A stretch of 64,000 nt of DNA from Squalus acanthias (taxonomy: Eukaryota): assembly GCA_030390025.1 (NCBI GenBank), contig CM059431.1, forward strand, positions 129,086,001-129,150,000, read 5' to 3'. The translations under genes and the position numbers were made by a program. Within the stretch, counting starts at the first letter, position 1. Each line of letters starts with the position of its first letter. Below are positions 1 through 12,892 of the stretch, piece after piece. Under the pieces are notes generated by a model. It did no database searches, was not told the origin of the DNA, and worked only from the letters and a program-made list of their open reading frames with translations.

Positions 1-510
1 GAAGAGAGATTCTCTTAAGCCATCCCTTCCCTCCCCATCACACCAACAGTCCCACCCACCTTCTGAATGCACTCAAACACTACTACCTCATGGGTGTTCC
101 TCTTACATAAATAAGAATATAAAGACCAACATTGTAATGTATTATCACATGGTTTGGTATGAGCATGCTCAGTTCGCTCTGGCCTAATAAAGCAAGCACA
201 TGAACTAGCAACTCATTGTGTCTCTGTCCTTCATTTGTTCTACACACATATATTACATTTTGATGACAAGGATGGGATCCCAAAGCCATTTTTAGGGATC
301 ATGGAAGGACAGTGTTCAACCTTCGAGTGGACAAGTTAAAGTGAATTTGTGGCACCTAAACAACATTTTTGCAATGTTTTACCGTTAATGCTGATGCAGA
401 ATCAACTGTGCTTCGCCTTCGGGCGTATGTATACACAGCAACAGCGGTGCTGATTCTCACATGTACACAGGTAGCGTGCTGAGTCACTGTTCAACGGGAT
501 CAGGATAATA

Positions 511-866
511 TTGGCCGCGTCTATGGGATTCATCGGAAGCCTCGGCCTGTATAACCAAGCTTGCAAACCATTCAGTTCTTACATTGAGCGGATGGAGATG
601 TTTTTTAGGGCCAATAACATTATTGAGACTGAAGGTGCAGATGAGAATATTCAAGCCCAAAATAAAGTAATTTGTGAATGGAAGAAAGCAATTTTTCTAA
701 CGGAGATTGGGCCAGATGTCTATGGAACGTTGACAAACCTACTCGCACCAGGGAAAGCAAAGGATGTGTCGTTTGAAGACATTGTCGAGAAACTCAAAGA
801 CAATTTTGACCCAAAGCTGTTAGAAATAGCAGAGAGCTATAGGTTTGGTACCAGAAACCAAAGTGA
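511..866 (+). pseudogene. Truncated Ty3/Gypsy-type gag N-terminal fragment
   Basis: ORF reads FSSYIERMEMFFRANNI...KKAIFLTEIGPDVYGTLTNLLAPGKAKDVSFEDIVEKLKDNFDP...AESYRFGTRNQSEG, typical of metazoan Gypsy gag capsid N-termini; similarity stops abruptly at ~866 where Harbinger sequence begins. Confidence 0.75.
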
Positions 867-1138
867 AGGAGGAAGTGCAACAGGAAGTGGAGGAACAGGA
901 AGAGGAAGTGAGACTACAACGTAGACTGTCCCTTTCTGCCTGGGCACTACGTGATTAAATAATTAATGAGTGATACAAATAACCTCAACCACACCTCTCC
1001 ATTCACATAACAGTCCCACACTCCTTACCTTCCTCTATCACTGACCATCACATCGTCCTCTTTCCGACAACACAAAAATAAAAAACACCAGAAAATGCAC
1101 ATTACAATCCAAATTTATAAATTCAATCATGACATAAT

Positions 1139-1867
1139 GGCCGTGAAATTCGGCTCCTATGCGCCTGCCGTTAGCATCTCCAGGGGGTGCTAACGGGGTG
1201 CAAAGGGCTTATCGCCTGGGCAGGGAGTGCCTCCCGAGAAATTTGGCAGGGCGCTGCTGCGGCGCTAGCCGATAGTGCCGCACCCCTGCTGGTAATGCAT
1301 CGGGTTACTGTGCCACCGGCGATGACGTCATTGCCGTGCATCGCAAAGCCTTACTACCCCGTGGCAGAATTCGGCTGTGCCCCGCGAGGCTGCTGCAGGC
1401 GATGTCTGCACCAGCCTCGCGGGTCACGAGCCGGGCCGACCTCCGCTCATGGGGCAGTAGTTAAAGGGAGGTGTGGCCGCAACCCGTGCCGCCTTTTTTT
1501 TTGGCCGACCTCCAGGTTGGTACTCCATAGCAGTCCTTGGCATGGTCGTGGCTGCCATCGTGCAGCCATGGCACCCCGCCGCCCTGGTGAGCTAGTGTGG
1601 GCAATTGAAGGCCCTACAGAGCTCGCAGCATCCCTCCCTTTTAACAGAAGGGGAGGGGCGGTGAAACGCGTCAGCGCTACGTGGAGCGGCCGCGTAGCAC
1701 TCTGGCACTACCGCGCTATGCGTCCCCGACACAGCCCCGAGAGGAAGTGGAGAGCCCGAGATAACGCTCCGCTTCCTTGCTGGGGCGGTAAGCCGAATTT
1801 AGCGGCTGGGGCTGATACTTCCGCGCTGGGCGCTAAATCTCGAGCGATAATTCAGAATTTCGCCCCC
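1139..1867. mobile_element. Harbinger-type MITE
   Basis: Ends GGCCGTGAAATT / AATTTCGCCCCC, 3-bp TSD AAT (1136-1138, 1868-1870), GC-rich non-coding interior. Confidence 0.75.
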
Positions 1868-3779
1868 AATCATTCAAAAATGAACTAATCACCCTTGTGC
1901 ATTGCCTTAGTGCCTGTCTTCCATGTGCCTTTGCCTCTCCTAGTGTTTCTACAAGGTGCTTCTCCAGTAGCTGCAGCATGGGTGGTGGAAAGCTGCTGAC
2001 ATCCAATTGAGGAGACTGAAGATGGCCTTTAAGGGTGACCACGAGCAGCTCTGGGCCCAGAAGGCCTGGCTTCAGAATGCACCATTTCGACCTGGGCTGC
2101 AGCAGCCTTGGCTGGCTGGCTGACAGGCAACAGCAAGGGCACTGGCGGAATGGCAGGGGTGGAAGCAGGAATGCTGTCATCCTGAGAGAGGAAAACAGGC
2201 TCATGCTCCATGGAGCCACGGCCACTCTCCCGGGGTGGTCACTCAGCAATCCTGGTGATCTGTTGGAAAACAGATTGATGGACTGCTGTGACCCCCCCTC
2301 GAAGCCCATTTGAACAGCGATATCAGAACCATGATGGCAGCAGTCTGTGTTTGCACAGCAGCAGTCTGAGCTACTATTGCAGCACTCAGACCTTTGTTGG
2401 AAGCTGTTTATGCTGCAAGGAAAACTGTTTTTGCTACAGACTGCACCATCTCGGCCTGGGCTGCAGCAGCCTTGGCTGCTGGCTGACAGGCAACAGTAAG
2501 GGAGCTGGCGGAGTGGCAAGGGTGGGAGCACCAATGCACATGCTGTCATCTGAAAAGATTAGGAGAGAAGTCAAAAAAACAATTAGGAAAGCAAAGAGGA
2601 ACTATGAAATAAATTATCAAGGAACATAAAACAAAATAGTAAAATATTTTACAGGCACATCAATAAAAAAGGATGGTTGGGATGGGAAAGGGCCATTAGG
2701 GATAGACAGGGTAATACCACAGGTAACAATAGAGAGATGGCAGAAATATTAAATCATTATTTTGCTTCAGTATTTACCAGGGAGCTAGAACAGGTGGACA
2801 TGACATTGGATGATGAGATTAGTAATGAGATAAGTGCATTTAAAATAAAATAAGGGAATATATTAAATAAACTAATCAAACTCAAAGAGGATAAAACCCC
2901 TGGACATTAAAAGAATCTAGGGAAGAGATAGCAGAGGCATTACTACACATATTTACTGGTGGATAGCTAACGTAATACCTATATTTAAGAAGGGGGATAG
3001 AACATGTTCAGGGAATTATAGACCAGTCAGCTTAACATCGGTGGTAGGAAAGATAATGGAATCCCTACTAAAGGAGAAAATAGAAGAACATCTAGAAACC
3101 AAAAGCATAGTTATGAATAGTCAGCATGGATTTCAAAAGGAACAGTCTTGCTTGACCAACCTCATTGAATTTTTTGAAGAGGTAACAGAGAGAGTAGACA
3201 ATGATAGTACAGTAGATGTAATTTATCTAGATTTTCAAAAGGCCTTCGATAAGGTACCCCATAATAGACTAATGAATAAGGTTAGAGAATGGAGAGTCAG
3301 GGGACAAGTAGCAGAATGGATAGCTAGCTGGCTTCAAGACAGAAAGCAGAGAGTAGGGGTAAAAGGTAGCTATTCACAGTGGCAGTGGTAGTGGCGTTCC
3401 ACAAGAACCAGTGCTGGGACCACTGCTGTTCACAATTTATATTAACGATTTAGAATTTGGAATCAAAAACACAATTTCTAAATTTGCAGATGACACCAAA
3501 TTGGGGAGGATAGTCAATACTAAGGAGGACTGCAACAAATTACAGGAGGACATTAATAAACTAGCAGAATAGGCATATAATTGGCAAATGAAGTTCAACA
3601 CAAATAAATGTGAGGTATTACATTTTGGTAGGAAGAATAGGGAAGTCACTTAATACTTGGAGGGTGCGAGTCTAGGTGGGGTAGAGGAACAAAGGGATCT
3701 CAGAGTACAAATACACAAATCACTAAAAATTGCGACACAGGTTAGCAAGGCCATTTTGGCATCAACGCCAGATTCATCA

Positions 3780-5664
3780 GCCGCACTCACAAGACAGTCC
3801 AGAATGTCACCCGAGCACAACACAACGCCATCCACGCTTTCAAGACCAACCGCAACATCGTCATCAAACCAGCGGACAAAGGAGGAGCCATCGTCATACA
3901 GAACAGAATGGACTATTGCAAAGAAGCATACCGACAACTGGACAACCAGGAACACTACAGACAGTTACCCGCAGATCCGACCAAAGAACACACCCGCCAA
4001 CTCAATAGACTGATCAAGACCTCGATCCAGACCTTCAAAGCATCCTACGCGCTCTCATCCCACGTACTCCCCGCGTGGGAGACTTCTACTGCCTCCCAAA
4101 GATACACAAAGCCAACACACCTGGACGTCCTATCGTATCAGGCAACGGAACCCTGTGTGAGAACCTCTCTGGATACGTCGAGGGCATCCTGAAACCCATC
4201 GTACAGGGAACCCCCAGCTTCTGTCGCGACACTACAGACTTCTTACAGAAACTCAGCACCCACGGACCAGTTCAACCAGGAACACTCCTCGCCACGATGG
4301 ACGTCTCGGCACTCGACACCAGTATCCCCCACGATGACAGCATCGCTGCGACAGCCTCAGTACTCAACACCAACAACAGCCAATCTCCAGACGCCATCCT
4401 ACAGCTCATCCGCTTCATCCTTGACCACAATGTCTTCACCTTCGACAACCAGATTTTTACCCAAACACACGGAACAGCCATGGGGACCAAATTTGCACCC
4501 CAATACGTCAACATCTTCATGCACAAGTTCGAGCAAGACTTCTTCGCTGCACAGGACCTCCAACCAACGTTATACACCAGATACATCGACGACATTTTCT
4601 TCCTATGGACCCACGGCGAAGAATCACTGAAAAGACTACACGATAACATCAACAAGTTCCATCCCACCATCAAACTCACCATGGACTACTCCTCAGAATC
4701 GGTTTAATTCTTGGACACACGTATCTCCATCAAAGACGGACACCTCAGCACTTCACTCTACCGCAAGCCCACGGACAACCTCACGATACTCCACTTCTCC
4801 AGCTTCCACCCTAACCACATTAAAGAAGCCATCCCCTATGGACAAGCCCTGCGAATACATAGGATCTGCTCAGACGAGGAGGAACGCGATGGACACCTAC
4901 AGACGCTGAAAGACGCCCTCGTAAGAACGGGATATGACGCACGACTCGTCGATCGACAGTTCCGACTGGCTGCAGCGAAAAATCGCATAGACCTCCTCAG
5001 AAGACAAACAGGGGACACAACCAACAGAGTACCCTACGTCGTCCAGTACTTCCCCGGAGCGGAGAAACTATGCCATGTTCTTCGCAGCCTTCAACATGTC
5101 ATCGATGACGACGAACACCTCGCTAAGGTCATCCCCACGCCCCCACTACTTGCCTTCAAACAGCCGCCTAACCTCAAACAAACCATCGTTCGCAGCAAAT
5201 TACCCAGCTTTCAGGAGAACAGCGACCACGACAGCACACAACCCTGCCACGGCAACCTCTGCAAGACATGCCAGATCATCAACACAGATACCATCATCAC
5301 ACGTGAGGACACCACCCACCAGGTACATGGTACATACTCAGGTGACTCGGCCAACGTTGTCTACCTCATACGTTGCAGGAATGGATGTCCCGGAGCATGG
5401 TACACCGGCGAGACCATGCAGACACTGCGACAACGTATGAACGGACACCGTGCAACAATCGCCAGGCAGGAGTGTTCCCTCCCAGTCGGGGAACACTTCA
5501 GCAGTCAAGGACATTCAGCTTCCGATCTTCGGGTAAGCGTTCTCCAAGGCGGCCTTCGAGACACACGACAACGCAAAATCGTCGAGCAGAAACTGATAGC
5601 CAAGTTCCGCACCCATGAGGACGGCCTCAACCGGGATCTTGGGTTCATGTCACGCTACATGTAA
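3780..5664 (+). pseudogene. Penelope-like RT + Cys-rich linker + GIY-YIG endonuclease (frameshift near 4020, one in-frame stop at 4705-4707)
   Basis: FYCLPKIHK, TMDVSALDTSIPH, GTAMGTKFAP, RYIDDIF; ORF 4711-5664 is in frame with 4075-4707; PCHGNLCKTC linker; NVVYLIRC...WYTGET...LRQRMNGH GIY-YIG motif. Confidence 0.9.
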
Positions 5665-5667
5665 CCC

Positions 5668-5812
5668 CACCTGATGTAGAGTCATCCAGACTCGAGTCGT
5701 CGTTGGCTTGTTCTCTCCACAAAGATGTGGCTGGACCTGCTGTGATTTCCAGCAAAAAAAGTTTTTTGTTTTCCATACAGACCCCAGCATCTGCCACATT
5801 TGACCCCTTGTG
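5668..5812 (+). repeat. Short insert with a degenerate hammerhead-like motif in the PLE 3' region
   Basis: ctgatgta-gagtc-atcca-gactc-gagt resembles CUGAUGA-stemII-GAAA with core mutations; flanked by near-direct repeats tgtaaccccacct (5660-5672) / tgtgaccccacct (5809-5821). Confidence 0.45.
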
Positions 5813-5995
5813 ACCCCACCTCATTGTCTTTGATGTAATGTTTTCCTGACTGAGCTGTTTGGACACCATCCACACCTTTGATTGCCGTGATTATCTCTCT
5901 GCCGAGGTGTGATAAAGGGCAGTTGGAAAGATTAACTGTAATCATCTGGCAGTGTTCTCTGACTATATATGTTGTGACTATATGCATCTCTTCAC

Positions 5996-6033
5996 TTCAC
6001 CTGATGAAGGAGCAGCTCTCCGAAAGCTTGTGA
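5996..6033 (+). ncRNA. Minimal type I hammerhead ribozyme of the Penelope-like element
   Basis: tcac-CTGATGA-a-ggag(cagct)ctcc-GAAA-gctt-gtga: stem I tcac/gtga, core CUGAUGA and GAAA, stem II ggag/ctcc, palindromic AAGCTT replacing stem III. Confidence 0.8.
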
Positions 6034-7912
6034 TTTCAAATAAAGCTGTTGGACTATAACCTGGTGTTGTGCGACTTCTCACATTTGTCCACCCCAGTCC
6101 AACACCGGCATCTCCACATCATTAAAAAAGTAAACTAAGTACTAGGGTTTATTTCTAGAGTTATAGAATTGAAATGTAGGGAAGTTATGCTAAACCTGTA
6201 TCGAACCTTGGTTAGACCACACTTAGAGTACTGCGTACAGTTCTGGTCGCCATATTATAAAAAGGATGTAGAGGCACTGGAGAGGGTGCAGAGAAGATTT
6301 ACAAGGATGATACTAGAAATGCGAGGGTATACCTATCAGGAAAGGATGAACAGGCTGGGTCTCTTTTCTCTGGAAAAAAGAAGGCTGCGGGGTGACCTGA
6401 TAGAGGTCTTTAAAATTATGAAAGGTTTTGATAGAGTGGATACAGAGAGAGTGTTTCCACTTGTGGGGAAGAGCAAAACTAGAGGCCATCAATATAAGCT
6501 AGTCACCATGAAATCCAATAGGGAATTCAGAAGAAACATCTTTACCCAAAGAGTGGTGAGAATGTGGAACTCGCTACCACAGGGAGTGGTTGAAGCGAAT
6601 AGTATAGATGCATTTAAGGGGAGGCTAGATAAGTATATGAGGGAGAAGGGAATAGAGGGTTATGCTGATAGAGTTAGATAAGGAAAGACGGGAGGAGGCT
6701 CAAGTGGAGCGTAAACGCCGGCATGGACTGTTTGGGCCGAATGGCCTGTTTCTGTGCCGTATATCTTATGTAATCCTATGTAATGTAATCCTGAGAGAGG
6801 CAAGCATGTTCGTACTCTATGGAGCCATTGCCACTCTCCCAGGGAGGCGCCTCAGAAATTCTAGCAATCTGTTGGTGAACAGATTGCTGGACAGCTGTGA
6901 TGCCCCAGAAGACCCTTTGAACAGTGGTTTCCAGAGCCATGATGGTAGCAGTCTGAGCTTCCACTGCCGCACTCAGACATTGGGTGGCTGCTGCTTGTGC
7001 TGCAATGGAAGCTGAGACCTCGGCCATCAGATGCTGCATCATGCTGGGTTCCACAGGTGTGCTGATGGAGGTGACCACCCGTTCCATGATGGAAAGGATG
7101 GACTCCAAGTCCTGTGCCTAGTTGGTGCTGGACTCCTCCATGCTCCTTGACATTGAGTGCAGGCTTTCTGGCAAGCTTTCCAGTGCAGCAAGCATTTGGT
7201 TATGTGCACCCATCAGCCTTCTTCTGTAGCCTGGCCCATCAAAGTCCTCATCTGAGTCCTCTATTGTAGAACTAGTGTGTGACCTCGCCATCCAGTGAGC
7301 TGGCAACTGCGCTATCCCTTCCCCTCATCCTGGCTCCTGCACACTGGTGCCTGGTGTCGCACCATGTGTCAATGAGTGTCGTGCAATATGTCTGGGTGAT
7401 GCAGCTGTCATGGTTGAATAGCTGCCAGTGTGTGCAAACTGTGAGTTGTGGGTGCAAGGCTTGCAGCAGTGCTAAGTGTGTGAGGGTGAGGTAAAACATA
7501 TGAATTGTAGGGTTGAATACTGATTGATAGAGATTGTTGGTAGGTGGGTGATGGGGTGTCGTGATTGAGCAGTGGATGAGGCTAGTGGTGCAGTTGATAG
7601 GATATGCCATTTGAAGATGAACTCCCTGACCTTGGCAACTCATGTGAGATTGTTAAATTTCTTCCTGCGCTGCATCCATGTCTCCATGTCCTTGGGTCAA
7701 CACTCCTGGCATTGACCTCTGCTGTCTCTTTTTTCCACTGCCAGCTGAGCATCTGTCTGAAGGGCCTCCAGCCCCGCTACAGATAGAGGATATCTCTCCT
7801 TCTTTCCACCTCTTCCACCAAGACCTCCAGTGCAGTGTTTGAAAACCTTGGTGCTCACTCTCTCGCTTGTTCAGCCATTGTTCAAAGTATCAGAGTGCAG
7901 ATTCAGGAGGAC

Positions 7913-9533
7913 TGTAGAATTCGCAAAATTATCGCGATTTTATAAAAATAAGAAGGAGACATAAAGTTTCGTATCAACAGCTTTATTTCAGCAGAATGCT
8001 GTCAGGTTTCAAAACGGACACAAACAGCCTGTAAAATGGCCGCCACGCCTCGTGGCAGAAAGTTCTAGACTTTCAGTAGGCAGACAAGATGGTGTTTCAA
8101 TAAACATTTCAGCAAGATCGAACAGGACTCAGCACATTTGAGATAATGACAAGACATGATGGGTTTGCATTTTAAACATAAATACTGAAATCGGTCTCCC
8201 AGGTGCAAACAAGGGCTATTGTACTGAGCGATCAAGGACCCATCCAAAGACATTAATATGCAAAATCCCCACGGCTCTACGATGAGAGAGCCGTTCGCGG
8301 GTACTCACAGCAAGCATTTGGAAGCCCCAAAACCCCTCCAGGGAGACTACTAGCCGGTTCCACAATGGGAGAAATATTAACGGGTACTCAGACAGTTACA
8401 AGTGTCACCGAAACCCATTAAAGACTGGGATCACCCCATACAAGAGGTTTGAGCGCCAAAACCCTAACAAAAGATAGACATTAAGATTGGGCGGGAAAAG
8501 AGGAATTACAGCACTATAACTGTAAAGTACAACCGTCCATTTCTCTCTTGCTGCTTTGACTCGCTGGAAGGCTGCTGAACTTTTATTCTTTTGCCTGACG
8601 ACCCTGGACTCTGATCCGCTAAGATCAACCTCGTGGCTTGCCGCGAAGATCTGTGGAGAACTGGGCTGTGAGGCCTGGAGGCGGGCGCACCATCCCGAGG
8701 AGTCGGTAAACGGTGTTGGAACCGAAGGCCCGAGAGGAGATGAGATGAGATGAGAAGAAGACTACACACGTGTCGCCGTGGTCAGTAAGCCCCGACCGCG
8801 CCTAAAAATATAAGGACCATTTTCGAATTCTATCGGCTGCTCCACAACTGGCCCGAGAAGACTATTCTTCGAGTTCTACCAACAACTGGTGTAGGACACA
8901 GGAAGACTCTTTTTTGAGTAGTATCAGAACTCCGAGGGCAACACAGATCTTCATGACAGCAGACGGTCCAGCCTGCTAGCCGGAGCAGAAGCGAGTAAAC
9001 AAGTGGGGTACAGAGACCCCTGATCAACACATGGATATTCAGGTGCTGCGGTAAACACATCCGAGCAGAGTTTCGGAATTCTCCGAGTTATCACGAGTGG
9101 TGAGCATGAGTCTCGATCCTACAAATCTAGATTAGGACAGGTATTGATAGGGGAGGGTTTAAGTTTTAAGGATAATTATAATGTGTGTCCCCTTTTACGA
9201 TGTGTCGTGTGCTCCTCGTTTCCCTAAAATTAGTTTCATAACTGTGTGTAAGATTGTACTGTCATTAATCTGTGCTTATGACATGTATCTCGTAATCTTG
9301 AATAATATGCAATAAAGATTTTCCATTTCGCACTATTCAACCGGGTCTACCTGAGTTTTCTCTGCATTATTGCTCTCGCACCTAAGTCCAGTGTCAGAAC
9401 CGTAAGGGCGAGTGGGTCGAACCACTCACAGGTGTCTAGTGTTACCAGGCTGGCTGGAGACCAGAACAGGCAACAAGGCCTAACCCCGCACTAGCACCCA
9501 GGCTAAGCACAGAGCCACACGTCACCCCTTACA
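7913..9533 (+). mobile_element. Solo LTR (1621 bp), diverged subfamily of the 14213-26339 element, opposite orientation
   Basis: TGTAG...TTACA termini; TSD GGAC (7909-7912, 9534-9537); reverse-complement similarity to the 14213 LTR (e.g. gtaagggcgagtgggtcgaaccactcacaggtg); TATA-like at ~8808, AATAAA at 9311. Confidence 0.9.
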
Positions 9534-10422
9534 GGACTCAGGGGGAAACTGCAGTACAAATAGTACAAATAGTAGCTCAAGAACAAACAAAAGGGAAGAG
9601 AGTAGAGTAGCAGTCAGAAATTGTGCTTTAGGCACTACAGGTAAAAGGAAAACTAAAAGATGAAAAGTGATTGAACCAGGAGAGAGAAATAAGAAACACG
9701 TGAGTAAAACATCAGAGCTGAAGGACAGGCTAGGGTGTGTGGCCCAAATAAGTGTTCTTTATACAAACGCACTGAGTATAAAGAATAAATTGAATGAACT
9801 GCAGGCACGAATTCAAATTGGAGGGTGCGACATGGTAGCCATTAGCGAGACATGGCTGCAAGACAGTCAGGACTGGGAACTAAATATACCAGGTTACAAG
9901 GTCTACAGGACAGATAGGGAAAATGGGAGAGGGGGAGGAGTAGCCTTCGTGATTAAGGATGAGATCAATGATAAGAGAGGATTTAAAGAGAGGTAAGCAG
10001 CCAGTAGAGACATCATGGGTTGAATTAAGAAATAGGAAAGGATCTAAGACTGTAATGGGAGTTGTGTATAGGCCCCATGGAAGCAGCTCTGAAGTGCTAG
10101 ATTGTATAAATGCAGAGATTAGACAAACGTGTAGTAAAGGCAGAGTGGTTTTAATGGGGGATTTTAACTTTCATATAGATTGGGAAAAGCAGACTAGCAT
10201 CTGTCAGAACGGTAGTGAATTTCTTGAGTGTGTCCAGGATAGTTTTCTGCAACAATACATCCTAGAAGCAACAAGGGGGCAAGCCATATTAGATTTAGTA
10301 ATGAGTAATGAGCCAGATTTAGTTAACAGCCTAACTATGCTTGAACATTTATCCAATAGTTATCATAATATGATCGAGTTCAACGTAGCGTTTGAAAGGG
10401 AGAAACGCGAAACAGCTACAAA
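9534..10422 (+). mobile_element. CR1 LINE 5' part (APE endonuclease); continues at 26770
   Basis: LYTNALSIKNKLNEL, VAISETWL, MGDFNF, ILDLVMSNEP; ...gaaacagctac joins taagattctagat at 26770 to give ETATKILDL. Confidence 0.88.
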
Positions 10423-10691
10423 GGCCGAGAATTTAATGGAGGAGGCGGGTTGGAGTCAGGTTGCCTGGTGGGCGGGTTCTGGTCCCGCTGCCGGTTTCAG
10501 CCACTCCCCAATCTAGATTTTCAGGTAAGTGGGCTCATTAAGCCCACAGTGCGCGCTATCCGGCCCAATGAGTGGGAGCGGGTCTGCTGCTCCCCTCTGC
10601 TGACATCACTCATTCAGTTGTTTTTAAAGGGCTCCATGTAGCCTTAGCTTCTCATTTCCTTTCTGCTGCTCTGGGAATCATCCAGCTCATT

Positions 10692-12606
10692 ATGACTGCT
10701 GCAAGGGCAAAGGCTTCTTAAAGGTTTGCTGAAGACTCCCTCCAAGCTCTTGTGGAGGGAGTAAGAGGGCGCAGGGACATCCTATTCCCTCGCGATGGCC
10801 GGGGGAAGCCTCCTCAGCAAACAAAGGCAGCCTGGCTGCGAATTGCTGAGGGGGTCAGCGCTAGGTCAGTTTGCTCACGCACATGGGTCCAGTGCCGAAA
10901 ACGCTTCAATGATCCTCTGCGATCATCAAAAGTGAGTATCACATCACACTTTACTTCAATCTGCTTCCCTTCTCTTCTCATCACCAGCACTCTGCATTGT
11001 CAGCCTGCTCCTCCACATCCCACCTTACCCTTACTTCCCTGGCACCCTTACCTATCCCTCTCTCTCTATGTACAGAATCACTTCACCATCCTACTATGAA
11101 CTCCTCACACTTGCTCTCACTGTTATGCAATGACAACAACTAACAACGCACAGGGAGGCTCCTTCCTCTTGGCACCTCACTCCATCTTGGCCTCCCTCTA
11201 AGCTTCTATGTTATGAATTCTTCACACTCACTCCATCAATCTCGATGAAACTCAACTAGTGTCCCTCCTTGCAGGAAAAGATAGCCCACAATAAGAGGGA
11301 GAGAGTGAAGACAGGAGGAGGGCCACCATCCCTTGCGACGTTGACTAGCGCTGAGGAGGCTGCTCAGGAGATCATGGGAGTTGGCGAGGAGCTGGAAGTG
11401 GGAGACGAAGAGACGGATGCATTAGATGAAGCTGGTGACAGAATCTATTTTAAACCCTCTCATTTAGATTTCATGATTAACTGAAATGGCAAATGATGTT
11501 GATAGAGATTGACTTTTGATCATCTGCACAATAGGATGTGTCTGCTACCTAAATATCGGATGACTGACTCATGCCTTTACTCTCCCACAGGACCATTGAG
11601 AGGCCCCCTCCCCACTGTCCAGGAGGAAGAGGAAGACGACTCCTCAGAGGAGCCTTCAGCCTCTGAGGGAGCAGTGTCACCAGAACTCAGTGCACCCAGC
11701 ACCAGCGCAGAGACGCACACCTCGGTGGATCCATCGACACATAGAGACATGTTGTCACCTCGTGTATCACAGCTCACAAGTGAGCATCAGCAGATGGTGG
11801 AGACAGCCACAGCAGTGGAGAGTCCTCGTTGGAGGTCGCAGGACTCTCCTAGCTCTGCTCAGCTGCATGCAGACACTGTGCCTCTGGGGCCATCCAGAAA
11901 GAGGTCGGTGCTGGAACTTCAGCAACAAGTGCAGGAGTCTCTGACAGGTTTTGCATCCACGGTAACTGCGAGTGTGCAGAGAATGGAGGAGTCTATCTCA
12001 AACATGAGCACTGCCATGGTGGAGGCAATCGCGCATAAACGTGCCACCATGGAGAGGGTGGCAACCTCCTTGGCGGAAATAACTCGTCAGACTCAACAGA
12101 GCATGGTGACTCTTCTAAATAGATGGTCTGCTATGGAGGATAGATGGGCATCTATTGAGGAGAGACACCAGAAGTACATGGACGTCACCGTTAAGAGGAC
12201 TGTCGGTACAGAGATGGGTCCTCATGGCCCCGCTGATATGCAGCAAGGTACTCTCGAGCCACTTGCGAGCAGTGAATTGCGGGTGACACATGAGTGGGAT
12301 GGTGGTGGCCGACAACAAGGAAGTGTGGGCTCCTCTCCAAGCGCTCACACGACCATGCCACTGCGGAGCCCTTGGTCAGAGCCCCAGATTCGGCACCCAA
12401 CTGAGATGGCCGTCTCAGCCCCTGCACAGCCGCAGGAAGAGCAGACTGTTGCGGAGCACTCCCAGGGTCCCAAACCCAGAGGACACCCGCCAAAGGCGTC
12501 TAAGCAGGCGCAGTATCAAAGTGAGCAAGCTGCCTCTACATCTGCTGAAGCCACAGGGGAAGCACCACGTAAAAGCACGTGTAAGAGGAAGTTAACATAC
12601 AAATAG
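10692..12606 (+). pseudogene. Harbinger Myb/SANT-like (MSANTD/NAIF1-type) gene, exons 10692-10931, 11275-11434, 11591-12606; premature TAA at 10719-10721
   Basis: AWLRIAEGVSARSVCSRTWVQCRKRFND; EKIAHNKRERVKTGGGPP; GT-AG introns of phase 0 and 1 keep the frame into the 11509-12606 ORF. Confidence 0.82.
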
Positions 12607-12892
12607 TCACAAGGGTAGTCACTTGGGTGTTTTATTGTGTGAAAAAGTACCGCTTGTCATCCAGATTGTGATTGCATTAAACCAAAGTGATGGCAAAGAT
12701 TTGAAGTATTGGCCTATGTGTGCTGAGAAATAGAAGTTGCACAGTGAGGGCTCAGGGCTACTTGCATTTGTAATGATGGTGGTGAGAGTGATAGGAAAGC
12801 ACCGTTTATTGGACAGATGATGTATGGCATGTTAAGCAGCTCGTCCTGACATTCATCTCCATCTGCCAGCCACCTGTGGTTGCAGCGTAAGC

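Larger units (their letters stand above)
3755..6119 (+). mobile_element. Penelope-like element (Neptune-like), 5'-truncated
   Basis: Inserted in CR1 with a probable CAT duplication (3752-3754 / 6120-6122); RT plus GIY-YIG coding region followed by a 3' region with a hammerhead motif. Confidence 0.92.
2551..6787 (+). mobile_element. 5'-truncated CR1 LINE (ORF2 RT remnants), interrupted by a Penelope-like element
   Basis: Peptides [40 protein letters not shown]; (TATGTAATC)-type tail at ~6768-6787; near-identical to the copy at 42710-44653. Confidence 0.92.
867..7900 (-). mobile_element. Degraded PIF/Harbinger element (Myb/SANT gene on minus strand) split by a MITE (1139-1867) and a CR1 (2551-6787)
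   Basis: 7600-7878 (-) reads MAEQARERAPRFSNTALEVLVEEVERRRDILY..., like the Myb exon 1 of the other Harbingers here. 1870-2550 and 6788-7260 resemble the Myb C-terminal exon at 31722-32444. Sequence ending gtcatc at 2550 resumes as atcctgagagagg at ~6788. Confidence 0.7.

Noticed and set aside
1187..1888. 233-aa GC-rich ORF
   Set aside because: Lies within a MITE; chance ORF from high GC.
7904..7912. caggaggac before the 7913 LTR resembles the PPT, suggesting a truncated provirus
   Set aside because: GGAC is repeated on the other side as a TSD and upstream sequence is Harbinger, so solo LTR is simpler.
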